A stretch of 64,000 bases of DNA from a virus (lineage: Duplodnaviria; Caudoviricetes). Shown here one piece after another: positions 38,533 through 48,023 of the stretch; within the stretch, counting starts at the first letter, position 1, and every line of letters starts with the position of its first letter. The position numbers and the translations under genes were made by a program. The stretch is taken from positions 1-64,000 of IMG/VR virus record IMGVR_UViG_2923098224_000002, one strand, 5' to 3'. Under the pieces are notes generated by a model. The model was not told the origin of the DNA. It made no database searches and worked only from the letters and a program-made list of their open reading frames with translations.

Positions 38533-38680
38533 TACGTTAAAAGAAATCGTCGAGCAGCTTAAAGATTGTGGATATGAATGCGAGGCAGGACCGTTAGTCA
38601 ATAACGTAGCTTTTCAAAAGCTTGCGGAATTAGCGGGTGTTGCGGCTGAGTCGGGAGAGGAAATTTACTACGTCCGTTAA
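38519..38680 (+). CDS. Small hypothetical protein (53 aa)
   Basis: MAEFNTLKEIVEQLKDCGYECEAGPL... Confidence 0.55.
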   Translation: MAEFNTLKEIVEQLKDCGYECEAGPLVNNVAFQKLAELAGVAAESGEEIYYVR

Positions 38681-38698
38681 TATACGGGCAAATCACGG

Positions 38699-38829
38699 AT
38701 GCGGTGGCGGAATAGGTAGACGCAATTCGCGGATGCAGCGAGAGAGTGAAAGACTCCTAACTTTGCTGGTATAGAAGCACACACGGCCCGGGATAACCAG
38801 TATGCGAGGTGCAAATCCTCGCCCGCATA
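38699..38829 (+). ncRNA. tRNA-like RNA with an enlarged central region
   Basis: ATGCGG/CCGCAT acceptor stem, D-arm TGGCGGAATAGGTAGACGC, T-arm GCGAGG-TGCAAAT-CCTCGC; ~80-nt central region. Confidence 0.6.
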
Positions 38830-39113
38830 ATAAACGAATAGCCAAGGCGGCGTGTCAAGTTATCGCAACTTGCTAAAAGCCAACATACGCAATCAGAACG
38901 AGGCTTCCGCACCCTACGGCGGAGGTCTTTTTGTGCTTGCGTACTCCGGCGGAAAACGGAGCTGCAAACACTGGCTCACCGTATAGGATCGCAACCTGTA
39001 CGTAGATCTACCGTTTTTACTGTACGTTCCGCAAACAGGACGAGGCTGCCAACGATTTTGGCGGTCTTTTCGTGCTTGCGTAAAGCAGGCGAATAAGAAA
39101 CGAAAAGGAGACG

Positions 39114-39371
39114 ATGAAGATGACGAAGACAGAGGAATTGTTCGCATATCTAGATCGCCTGATTGCGCTGCAGTCTGCCGGACATGCGGTGCGCAAAGAG
39201 ATTGCGGAGGTTATATCTGCGATTAGGCGAGAGAACAGGTCCATATTAAACAGCGAAGAAACGACGGAGGTTATCGAAGTGTCACCAACAGAAGTGGCAA
39301 CTATCGACGTTGATATGACGAGACACGTATACCCAGGCCCTGTGAAAATTTATGTCGAGACTGCCGAATAG
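39114..39371 (+). CDS. Hypothetical protein
   Basis: RBS AAAGGAG. Confidence 0.55.
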   Translation: MKMTKTEELFAYLDRLIALQSAGHAVRKEIAEVISAIRRENRSILNSEETTEVIEVSPTEVATIDVDMTRHVYPGPVKIYVETAE

Positions 39372-39384
39372 GAGGCGTTTTAGA

Positions 39385-40080
39385 ATGCATCCCGATTTGG
39401 CAGAAAAGGTAACTAGTAGAGGAACCAGGTACTATGAGTCTCACTCGGGACAGGTGATCGCAAAAGCTTGCAGGAGGTGCGGTGATGTTTTTGCTCTCAC
39501 TGATTTCCGAAAATCCCAAGGATTTGCCGGACGTAGTTCGGAATGTAACTACTGTAAATTGAAGAGGGACGCCGAATACAGAACGAAAAACAAACAAAAA
39601 AGAGCTGAATACAGCCGAGCATACTGCTCTGCCCGCAAAGAGCATTACGCAATACTGAAGAAGAGATGGCAAAAGAAAAACTCAATAAGCATTATTCTAC
39701 AGAATCAAAAAAGGCGCGCTAAAGTTAAAGACCTTCCAAATGACTTAACTCAGGCAGATAAACTCAAGATACAAGATTACTTTGGCGGATGTGCCTTAAC
39801 TGGAAAATCTTCAAATATACATTGGGATCACGTAATACCGCTGAGTACAGGATTCGGAGGAACAACAAAAGGAAACATGATCCCACTTAGCTCGGAACTA
39901 AATATTAGTAAATATAACTCAAATATCTTTGAGTGGTTTGAGGCTAATAAAGATCGATTTAATTTGTCGTCAGTAAAGTTTGACAACTTAATAAGCTATT
40001 TAGCCAAAGTTAATTGTATGAGTGTAGAAGAGTACAGCAGATATTACAACTCTTGTTTTAATAAGTCCCAACAGAGCTAA
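39385..40080 (+). CDS. HNH endonuclease with N-terminal zinc finger
   Basis: CRRC...CNYC; CALTG...WDHVIPLSTG..GTTKGNMIPL...NISK. Confidence 0.8.
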   Translation: MHPDLAEKVTSRGTRYYESHSGQVIAKACRRCGDVFALTDFRKSQGFAGRSSECNYCKLKRDAEYRTKNKQKRAEYSRAYCSARKEHYAILKKRWQKKNSISIILQNQKRRAKVKDLPNDLTQADKLKIQDYFGGCALTGKSSNIHWDHVIPLSTGFGGTTKGNMIPLSSELNISKYNSNIFEWFEANKDRFNLSSVKFDNLISYLAKVNCMSVEEYSRYYNSCFNKSQQS

Positions 40081-40106
40081 TAGAGTTAATTAAAGGAGGA
40101 AAATGA

Positions 40107-40576
40107 ATGGCGGACAAACGCGAATCAACAGGAATGAATAACAGGAACGGAGTTATCCTCGGGTATCATAATCCGAATTTCAGCCTAGAATCTAAAACCG
40201 GAAATATCTACTCAACGGGTGACATCAACGTAAAAGTAGCCGTAGATGTATCCGAAGCTATTACCGCCCTCAAAGCGCTTCAACGCGAAGCAAAGGCGGC
40301 GACACAGGCGCTAGCTGAATTGCGGGAGGAGCAGGCGAAACACGGAGGCGATCGCCTATGACGAATAAGCAAACGGAATCCCACTGCGCCCCGTCTAATT
40401 GTTCGCGCCATTTCGAAGTTTGCGAATGCAAGTCGATGTGTCTGCTGCGGTATGGAGCCGAAATACGGAAGCGGCAGGAAGAAGTCGGAGCTGCAGTCGG
40501 CATATACGAAAAAAGACGAGCACACCTACGTTGGCTGCGGCTCAAACGTTGGGGCGCCCGTCGTCTTATAGATTAA
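40107..40576 (+). CDS. Two small hypothetical genes (40107-40361, 40358-40576)
   Basis: RBSs and ATGA coupling. Confidence 0.5.
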
Positions 40577-41114
40577 CATTCGCGTATACTTCGTCGATCC
40601 GGTCCTGATTGATTCCGATATATCTCAACGTGACCGACTGCTTCGAGTGGTTGAAAATCGATTGAAGTAGCGTAAGATCTGTGCCGTTCTTGTACGCGTG
40701 GTAGCCGAAAGTCTTACGCAACGAATGGCAGCCGATTGTGCCGAGCTTCTCTGAAAGGCCTGCGCGCTCAATAGCTTCGTTAAGAATCCCGTAAGCACGG
40801 ACGCGGGTAATAGCTTTCGAACCTTTCCGAGAAGGGAAAAGCCAGTCGTCGTCGTTTGCTTCGGCCGGAATCAGGTCAGCAACGGCTTTCTTGATTGCGG
40901 CATTGAAGAAGAAACGTTTTGACTTCTTCGTTTTCCCTTCCGTAATCGCAACGAAGTCCTTTCCGCGCACATCACCGACTTTGAGTGCGAGTATATCGGA
41001 AATACGTAGGCCGGAATTAATGCCGAGCGTAAATAAAAGCAGATCACGCCCGCGAAGGGCTTTTTTTATTGCGTTTATTTGGCGTTTTTCTCTAATCGGT
41101 TGGACTTCGTTCAT
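40566..41114 (-). CDS. Second, short tyrosine recombinase (catalytic domain only)
   Basis: GLRISDIL, EGKTKK, HSLRKTFGY, FNHS, TLRYIG. Confidence 0.9.
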   Translation of the reverse strand: MNEVQPIREKRQINAIKKALRGRDLLLFTLGINSGLRISDILALKVGDVRGKDFVAITEGKTKKSKRFFFNAAIKKAVADLIPAEANDDDWLFPSRKGSKAITRVRAYGILNEAIERAGLSEKLGTIGCHSLRKTFGYHAYKNGTDLTLLQSIFNHSKQSVTLRYIGINQDRIDEVYANVNL

Positions 41115-41196
41115 GCGAACTTCACTCCGTTCTCAATATGTTAAATTCATATTAACGAAATTAAAAACGAAAGTCAAGCGAAAGGAGGGCGATAAT

Positions 41197-42951
41197 TTGG
41201 CGTATATTAACGGGAAATGGTTGGATCGTGAAGAGCGGCAAGAACGTATCGACTTATTGATCGAGAGTGTGCGTCGATTAGCGGCCCTCATTAAAGCGAA
41301 AAAAGCCACCGATTACCATATCGATATGTTCCGGAAGAACAAGGCCGAATTAATTAAGCTGAAGCGTGTTCATCGTGCCGAGGTGGATATCGCATATTTC
41401 ACCTACGAGTATTTGAGCGACGGCCTAAATCCGGAAAACGAGGATAATGTCGTAAGGAACTCGGATGACGGGACGCCTCACGATGGCATTGAAGATATCG
41501 CAAAGATACACGAAGAGTTTTTCGAGCTTTGCGATTACGTCAACGAAGAGAAAAGGAACGCGCGGCTTGCAATCGCGGCTGCTCGGGGCCACTCGAAATC
41601 CGGTATGTTTTCGAACGCCTTGCCGTTACATCAGGCGGCTTACAGAAAACGCAAATATATTCTTGTCATATCAGAGACGGATTCGCTCTCGAAAAAGCTT
41701 ATCGGATGGGTTAACAAGCAGATGAAGTTTAACGCTAAACTGCGGGAAGACTTCGGCCCTATGATGCACGAGTCGGCGAGCCGCAACGAAAAGGATAACG
41801 AAGAGGCGTTCATTACCACGACGAATATCCTTATCGAGTCGTCATCTTCCGGTAAGCAGCTTCGCGGTAAGCGTCACGGAGCTGTCCGGCCGGATCTCGT
41901 AATAATTGACGACCCGTCATCGACAAACAACGAAGGAACCAAGGAAGCACGTGAAAAGCTCGTTCATTGGTTTAACTCGGTCGTTGTTCCGATCGGGTCT
42001 AAGGCGACGGCAATCGTGTTAGTCGGGACAATGGTTTCGGCGACCGGGCTTCTTAACCACGTTCTGAAGCGTAAGGATTTCAAGGCGAGCTTTCACGGAG
42101 CGATCATAAGCGAGCCAACACACCCGGAATTATGGGACAAATACTGCGAGGTCTATGCGAGAGCAGAAACGATCGAAGAGGCTGACGAATTTTACGAAGC
42201 GCATAAAGAGGCGTTGGAGGACGGCGTCGAACTGGCGTGGCCTTGGCGCTGGACCTATCGCGAGCTTATGCACGAAAAAGTAAACATGGGAACGCGTGCA
42301 TACAATTCGGAATTCCGAAACTTGGCTTTCAGTGAAGACGAGCAGTTCTTTTTCCCGGAGAATTACGCTTATTACCACTACTACCACGAGAACGGAACTG
42401 CCCATGTCGTATATAACGAATTGAAAATACCGATCAGCGATCTTTTGATCGTCGGTGCGTGGGATATCGCGCAAGGAAAAAATGCGCGGTCCTGCTATAA
42501 CTCGGTTATTACCCTCGGTAAACACGAGCCGACCGGCTATATTTTCGTACTGGACGAATACGCGTCGAAGGAACCGGCGCACGTATACATTGACGTCATT
42601 ATTCGGAAGATCAAACAATACCGGCATCGTTCCTTCAACGTCGAAACAATAAACGCGCAGCACGAATACTATCGTCAGCTTCAGGAGCGGGTCCGGCAGG
42701 AAGGTCTTTATACGTGCCGCGTGAACGATGTGAAATCGCATAAGTCTTCGAAAGACGAGCGTATTCAGTCGATGGAACCGATGCTGCATAACAAAACGCT
42801 GATTCTGAACGATAGGCACACGATGCTGCTCGATCAGATGGCGCAGTATCCTTTCGGCGATTACGTTGATTCACTCGACGCGCTTCAGCAGGCGCTCGAA
42901 TCCGTATTCAGGCCGAAAACAAGGCTGGTGAAGAAGCCGGGATGGCTATAA
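41197..42951 (+). CDS. terL: Terminase large subunit
   Basis: AARGHSKS Walker A, IIDD Walker B, WDIA and DSLDA nuclease motifs; TTG start after AAGGAGGG. Confidence 0.9.
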   Translation: MAYINGKWLDREERQERIDLLIESVRRLAALIKAKKATDYHIDMFRKNKAELIKLKRVHRAEVDIAYFTYEYLSDGLNPENEDNVVRNSDDGTPHDGIEDIAKIHEEFFELCDYVNEEKRNARLAIAAARGHSKSGMFSNALPLHQAAYRKRKYILVISETDSLSKKLIGWVNKQMKFNAKLREDFGPMMHESASRNEKDNEEAFITTTNILIESSSSGKQLRGKRHGAVRPDLVIIDDPSSTNNEGTKEAREKLVHWFNSVVVPIGSKATAIVLVGTMVSATGLLNHVLKRKDFKASFHGAIISEPTHPELWDKYCEVYARAETIEEADEFYEAHKEALEDGVELAWPWRWTYRELMHEKVNMGTRAYNSEFRNLAFSEDEQFFFPENYAYYHYYHENGTAHVVYNELKIPISDLLIVGAWDIAQGKNARSCYNSVITLGKHEPTGYIFVLDEYASKEPAHVYIDVIIRKIKQYRHRSFNVETINAQHEYYRQLQERVRQEGLYTCRVNDVKSHKSSKDERIQSMEPMLHNKTLILNDRHTMLLDQMAQYPFGDYVDSLDALQQALESVFRPKTRLVKKPGWL

Positions 42952-42967
42952 GAAAGGAGGCGATAAA

Positions 42968-43399
42968 ATGTCGCGTATGAAAGAGCTTGAAGCAAAACTA
43001 ACGCTTCAGCAACGTAAGGCAGCGCAAGTCGTTGCGAGTAATGAAGTCACGCCCGAAGACGGGAACAAACGAAGTCAGGACGCGCTGGCCGAAGAAATCG
43101 GGGTAAGTCGTATGACGCTCTATCGATGGCGGTTTCAAAATCCGATATTCATCGAATACATGAACCTATTAGCGGACGACATGCTTTCCGGGCACCGGTC
43201 CGAAGTATACGGGCAGCTCCTAAAGCTGATAAAAGGACCGCAGCCTTCAGTTAAAGCTATCGACTTGTTCATGCGTCGTCATGGCTTACTGACCGATCGT
43301 CAGATAACGACCAATGAAGCAGACGGAGGCGCCCGCAGTAACGAAGATATCGAGAAGGAACTCGAAGAACTGGCTGACATTATCGGAGAGGAGGAATAG
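42968..43399 (+). CDS. HTH protein, putative terminase small subunit (phBC6A51-like)
   Basis: LAEEIGVSRMTLYRW; position between terL and portal. Confidence 0.65.
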   Translation: MSRMKELEAKLTLQQRKAAQVVASNEVTPEDGNKRSQDALAEEIGVSRMTLYRWRFQNPIFIEYMNLLADDMLSGHRSEVYGQLLKLIKGPQPSVKAIDLFMRRHGLLTDRQITTNEADGGARSNEDIEKELEELADIIGEEE

Positions 43400-43401
43400 C
43401 G

Positions 43402-45033
43402 TTGGGGTTTTTCAATTTACTAAAGAAACACGACCAGCCTTCGGATGAGTACACGGTTAGAAAGACGTACAGCATCATTCGGGAAGGCGCGCAATTTCCT
43501 CCGGACGATTCAATCAAGAGGTTGGCGAAATATAAACGTATGCGTAAGCTCTTCGAAGGAAATCACCGAGACGTATACGAAAGGGCTGCGGACATTTTAA
43601 AAGATTCGCCACAAGCGAAACAGCTCGAAAAGCTCTACATCGCTATCAATCTCGCGGATATTTTGGTAACGAAGCCTGCGGATCTGTTGGTAGGAGAACC
43701 GGTTCACTTTGAGAGCGGACTGGACGACACTAGCGAAGAGCAAAAGGCGCTCAACCGATATGTAGAAGAAAACGATCTCAATCAACTGCTGCACGAGAGC
43801 GCCATGTCGAACGGATATCGCGGTGACGCGTGGATTAAGGTTCGATTTGGCTACCGCCAAGACTATTCCGAACTTATCGCGAGGGGCTTAGAGATTCCAG
43901 AAGATGCGAAAATGGAGTCCGTTGTTGAGCATGTTAATGCGAATAGCGTTTTCCCTGAGTTTTCAGCCGGGAACGTTAAGCAGATCAAAGCGGTCAATAT
44001 AGCCCAAGTCGAATGGGTAGAGACGGAGCAGACGGAAATTCCTTTCCTAAACGTAGAGCGCCATATACCGGGACACATCTTCTATACGCGCTACAGACTA
44101 TATCAGAATGGCGTCGATGTTTCAGGTGGCGCCCCAATCAGCGTTTTCAATATAGGCGAAGAGGTGCCGACGGGCCGCGAAGAAGACCACGAAGAAACAT
44201 TCCTCCCGCACATTCCGGTATTTCACATCCCGTACAAGTCTATTGATGACAGTTATTTCGGTATTGGTGGATTGGAGAAGATTGAAACGGTATTCGCAGC
44301 GATCAACGACCGGCTTGTTCAGATCGATTATATTCTTTGGAAACACAGTGACCCCACAGCGTACGGTCCGGATTTAGAATCAACTAACGGAGCCGTTCAG
44401 TTTGGTGGCAAATACATTCCGGTAAATAAAGACGACCCAACGCCCGGATATATGGTGTGGCAGGCTCAGCTTGATGCCGCGTTCAAACAGCTCGACATGC
44501 TATTGAGTATTGTCTTTCAGATGTCTGAGACTCCGCAATGGCTTTTCGGAACAACAATGTCCGGAGACAATTCAGGCGGAACAGGCACGTCGCATACAGA
44601 CGGTGCGGCGATCAAAGCTCGCTTCATGCCGATTCTTTCGAAGGTAAAGCGGATACGGGCGCACTATGACCGAGCGGTAAGAGACGCCCTTTGGACGTGT
44701 ATGCTGCTCGAAAAAGCAGTCGGTGTCATCGACGTTGAAAATGCGGTTTATCCACGGGCTATTTGGAGCGATGGACTTCCGAAGAATGAAAAAGAGCTCG
44801 CTGAAATTATGCAAATCCGTACAGGCGGCAAGCCTACGATTGACGTTCGTGGAGCCATTAAGCAGCAGGACGACGTGGACGACGAGAAAGCTGACGAAGT
44901 CATTCGCCGCATTGAAGAAGACGAAAAAACGACGAGCGGCTTTGTTGACGGATCGATTTTCAATAAGGAAGGACCGGAAAATAGCCACTCAGACGAGGAT
45001 AAAGAGGAAATCGCAGAGGAGGACGGTAGTTAA
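43402..45033 (+). CDS. Portal protein (SPP1 gp6-like)
   Basis: Size, position, acidic tail. Confidence 0.85.
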   Translation: MGFFNLLKKHDQPSDEYTVRKTYSIIREGAQFPPDDSIKRLAKYKRMRKLFEGNHRDVYERAADILKDSPQAKQLEKLYIAINLADILVTKPADLLVGEPVHFESGLDDTSEEQKALNRYVEENDLNQLLHESAMSNGYRGDAWIKVRFGYRQDYSELIARGLEIPEDAKMESVVEHVNANSVFPEFSAGNVKQIKAVNIAQVEWVETEQTEIPFLNVERHIPGHIFYTRYRLYQNGVDVSGGAPISVFNIGEEVPTGREEDHEETFLPHIPVFHIPYKSIDDSYFGIGGLEKIETVFAAINDRLVQIDYILWKHSDPTAYGPDLESTNGAVQFGGKYIPVNKDDPTPGYMVWQAQLDAAFKQLDMLLSIVFQMSETPQWLFGTTMSGDNSGGTGTSHTDGAAIKARFMPILSKVKRIRAHYDRAVRDALWTCMLLEKAVGVIDVENAVYPRAIWSDGLPKNEKELAEIMQIRTGGKPTIDVRGAIKQQDDVDDEKADEVIRRIEEDEKTTSGFVDGSIFNKEGPENSHSDEDKEEIAEEDGS

Positions 45034-45857
45034 TGCCTCGTTCTCCTGAGCCTCAATACGATTATCAGACGAATCGGCTTGCCGGATATTATCAGGAAGC
45101 GATACAAGACATCCTGACCGAGCTTGAACGAATTGACCTCGATAATTTTCGAAGGGCTAACGCGTTGGCGACCTTGAAATCTATTAGCGAGATCCTCAGC
45201 GATTTAGACGAAAAATCTTCCGCATGGGTCAAAAAGAATGTTCCGAAGGCGGCCACCGATGGTATTGCGCGAGCACTGGTCGCTCTTGACGTAGCAAAGA
45301 CGGTAGCTGACGCAGAAAAAATCGTTGCTTTTAACGAGGTAAACAAGTACATGGTTGCGGCGGCTGTAGCGGATACGCAGTCGGATTTATTAGCGATTAC
45401 GCAAAACGTCGATAGGAAGACGCGGGCTGCCGTCAGGAAAGCCGTTTCGGATTCGATGCGGCTTAATATGACCAAAGGGACGAACGGACGGCGCAGCATA
45501 ACGGATCTGGTGCGCAAGTCTCTTCGAGCTTCAGTGAGTACCGGCATTATTGATGCGAGGGGGAATCGATGGAAGCCGGAAGTGTATGCGGATATGGTTG
45601 TCCGTACAAAGATGATGGAAACCTATCGGGAGGCCCATACGAATGAGGCGGTAAGTCGTGGCGCATATTATGCGCAAATTTCGTCGCACGGAGCGAAGGA
45701 TCTATGCCGTCTCCACGAGGGACAAATCATTAAGCTGACTGACGATGCTCCCGGCAATTATCCGACATATGACGAACTCAAAGCGACCGGGGAGATATTT
45801 CACCCGCGTTGTAAGCACGTAATTTCTACAATAAGAAACCCATCAAGCGCCGTGTAG
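45033..45857 (+). CDS. Minor capsid / head morphogenesis protein
   Basis: YADMVVRT, SSHGA..C, FHPRCKH. Confidence 0.8.
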   Translation: MPRSPEPQYDYQTNRLAGYYQEAIQDILTELERIDLDNFRRANALATLKSISEILSDLDEKSSAWVKKNVPKAATDGIARALVALDVAKTVADAEKIVAFNEVNKYMVAAAVADTQSDLLAITQNVDRKTRAAVRKAVSDSMRLNMTKGTNGRRSITDLVRKSLRASVSTGIIDARGNRWKPEVYADMVVRTKMMETYREAHTNEAVSRGAYYAQISSHGAKDLCRLHEGQIIKLTDDAPGNYPTYDELKATGEIFHPRCKHVISTIRNPSSAV

Positions 45858-45947
45858 CGCTTTTTTATTTTGTCCGAACGTTATGACGTTAAAAGAAACG
45901 GCTGCATCACTCAATAGCCGACGGGCTTTAAGCGGTGGAGGGACTGT

Positions 45948-46619
45948 ATGAGCGAAGAACTTAAAGAAACGCAAACAAGTGAGGTTACCGATCAAACTAC
46001 GGCTGAGGTGCCGGAAAATAAACCTGAAGTGCAGACGGTGACTATGACGCAAGAGGAATTTAACGCTGTAATTGCTCGCGAAAAGGGGCGCGTTAAGAAC
46101 AAGTATGCTGACTATGACGAAGTGAAAGCGAAACTCAGCGACTACGAAAAAGCCCAGAAAGAACGCGAAGAAGCAGAACTGACCGAGCTGGAAAAGCTTA
46201 CGAAACAGCTCGATGAAAAGGCCGAAGCTGAAGCCACCTACGTTAAGCAGATTGAAGATTTAAAAGCGGCTGCTGAACAGGAAAAAGTGGCGAACGAATT
46301 TATCAAGGTTGCTACGAGCAACGGCATCGCCTACATTGACGACGCTTTACGTCTGGCTGACCTATCCGCGGTAAAGGTTGAGGACGGAAAAGTAATCGGC
46401 ATGGAGGACGTTGTAAAGGGGCTCGTTGACAATAAACCATACTTGGTTGCGAAACAGCAAACGCTGAAGCCGATCGGCCAACCCTCTAATAGCGGAGGAG
46501 ACGGAGACGGCGGAGAAATCAAGACGTTAGAAGCGCAGCTAAGCGAAGCAAGGAAAGAAAAGAATTTTTCGAAGGTTATCGAGCTTTCAAACAAATTGAA
46601 ATCACTTTTGAAGAAGTAG
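45948..46619 (+). CDS. Capsid scaffolding protein
   Basis: TQEEFN...KYADYD; coiled coil; KPYL. Confidence 0.8.
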   Translation: MSEELKETQTSEVTDQTTAEVPENKPEVQTVTMTQEEFNAVIAREKGRVKNKYADYDEVKAKLSDYEKAQKEREEAELTELEKLTKQLDEKAEAEATYVKQIEDLKAAAEQEKVANEFIKVATSNGIAYIDDALRLADLSAVKVEDGKVIGMEDVVKGLVDNKPYLVAKQQTLKPIGQPSNSGGDGDGGEIKTLEAQLSEARKEKNFSKVIELSNKLKSLLKK

Positions 46620-46630
46620 GGGGAAAATAA

Positions 46631-47734
46631 ATGTTAACTAGTTACGATTTTAAAGATCAGGTACGGCAGCTTGATGCGGGAATTGAACTTATTATTCAGG
46701 ATGAACCAACGTTGCTTGGTCTGATCGGCTTAAACGGAGAGGCACTTTATCAGACTAAATTCGAGTGGATGTCTGACCGACTGAACTCAAACCTCGCGAC
46801 TGTTAAATCGGTAGCGGAAGACGGAAAAATTACTGTGGCGGAAGATGACGGGGAGAAGTTCCGTAAAGATGCCATCGTTGTTATTGGCGAAGAGTATCTG
46901 AAAGTCACAAACGTGTCCGGCGATGTGCTGACGGTTGTTCGCGGATTTGACGGAACAGTTCAAGAGGAAATCGAGGCGGGCTCTGAGCTGCGCATCGTTT
47001 CCCGTCCGCAAAATGAAGGCGCTGGTGTCGGTATCGATGAAGGTCATGACCGTTATGTAGATTACAACTTCACGCAAATTATCGAAAGGTATGCTGCTGT
47101 ATCAAAAACCCAACAAGCGGTCCGCACACACAATGTGACGAGTGAGCTTGACTACCAAGTAAAGCTACGTCTTAAAGAGATGGCGCGGGAATTTAACGAC
47201 TGGTTGATCTATGGCCGCAGAATTGACGGTAAGCCTCGTACAACGGGTGGTCTTCTACACTTCGCTAGCTTGAAAAATGCTACTAGAGCTAACTTAAAAG
47301 GCGCAGAGGTTGGAGCTAAGGCAATTAACGATGTTATGGAACAAGTTTATTTAAGAGGCGGATCTGCTAACACGATTCTCACCAATACTGCGGGAGCTCG
47401 TCAAATTTCAAAATTGGCGAAAGATACTATCCGCACAGAGAGAACGGACACAGTTACAGGCCACAGAGTGAGCACCTTTGTTTCTGACATGGTAGGCGGA
47501 GGCGAGGCGACTGTAATCGTCGATCCAAACTTCCCTAAGAACAAAATCGCTTTGTTTGACCGTAACATTCTCTCTCTGCATCCATTGAGCGAGCGCTCTG
47601 TCTACGACGAGGATGCCACAGTTCCGGGAGCTGACTTTGTTGCGCGCCAGATCCGTGGCGAATACGGAATCAAGATCAAAAACGCGAACGAAAAAATCGC
47701 CATCCTCGAAAATATCTCGACAACTGTATCTTAA
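46631..47734 (+). CDS. Major capsid protein (DUF5309/SU10-like)
   Basis: FEWMSD, NFTQI, RTTGGL, GEYGIK; follows the scaffold gene. Confidence 0.8.
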   Translation: MLTSYDFKDQVRQLDAGIELIIQDEPTLLGLIGLNGEALYQTKFEWMSDRLNSNLATVKSVAEDGKITVAEDDGEKFRKDAIVVIGEEYLKVTNVSGDVLTVVRGFDGTVQEEIEAGSELRIVSRPQNEGAGVGIDEGHDRYVDYNFTQIIERYAAVSKTQQAVRTHNVTSELDYQVKLRLKEMAREFNDWLIYGRRIDGKPRTTGGLLHFASLKNATRANLKGAEVGAKAINDVMEQVYLRGGSANTILTNTAGARQISKLAKDTIRTERTDTVTGHRVSTFVSDMVGGGEATVIVDPNFPKNKIALFDRNILSLHPLSERSVYDEDATVPGADFVARQIRGEYGIKIKNANEKIAILENISTTVS

Positions 47735-47744
47735 AGACAATCGA

Positions 47745-47766
47745 CGGGCTTCGGCCCGTCTTTTAA
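47745..47766 (+). terminator. Terminator after the major capsid gene
   Basis: gacgggc-ttcg-gcccgtc-tttt. Confidence 0.85.
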
Positions 47767-47784
47767 TTTGAAAGGAGGCCAACA

Positions 47785-48021
47785 ATGGCAATTACAGATG
47801 AACAGAAACGGAGATTAAATGAATCTATGCCAGTCGCCAACGATCTAAAGCTCGGTGACATCATTCAGGAGTTACAAGAAAGCGGTGGGACTGCCGGACC
47901 AAAAGGCGATCCCGGTCCGAAAGGCGACCCAGGACCAAAAGGAGCGGACGGGTTCGGTACCAAGGCGCAGTATGACGACATCATCGCGCGGCTTAAAGCG
48001 TTAGAGGGAGCTGGCTCGTAA
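47785..48021 (+). CDS. Small collagen-like (Gly-X-Y) head fibre/decoration protein
   Basis: GTAGPKGDPGPKGDPGPKGADG. Confidence 0.65.
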   Translation: MAITDEQKRRLNESMPVANDLKLGDIIQELQESGGTAGPKGDPGPKGDPGPKGADGFGTKAQYDDIIARLKALEGAGS

Positions 48022-48023
48022 TA

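Noticed and set aside
38699-38829. Canonical functional tRNA-Leu
   Set aside because: No recognisable 7-nt anticodon loop, a T-loop lacking TTC and an oversized central region; kept only as tRNA-like.
40891-41196. N-terminal extension of TerL overlapping the recombinase
   Set aside because: It is the antisense shadow of the recombinase gene; a good RBS and TTG lie at 41197.
42130-42819. Long antisense ORFs (e.g. 229 aa here; also 18483-19058 and 3023-3577)
   Set aside because: They lie fully opposite well-supported genes and have no motifs or RBS.
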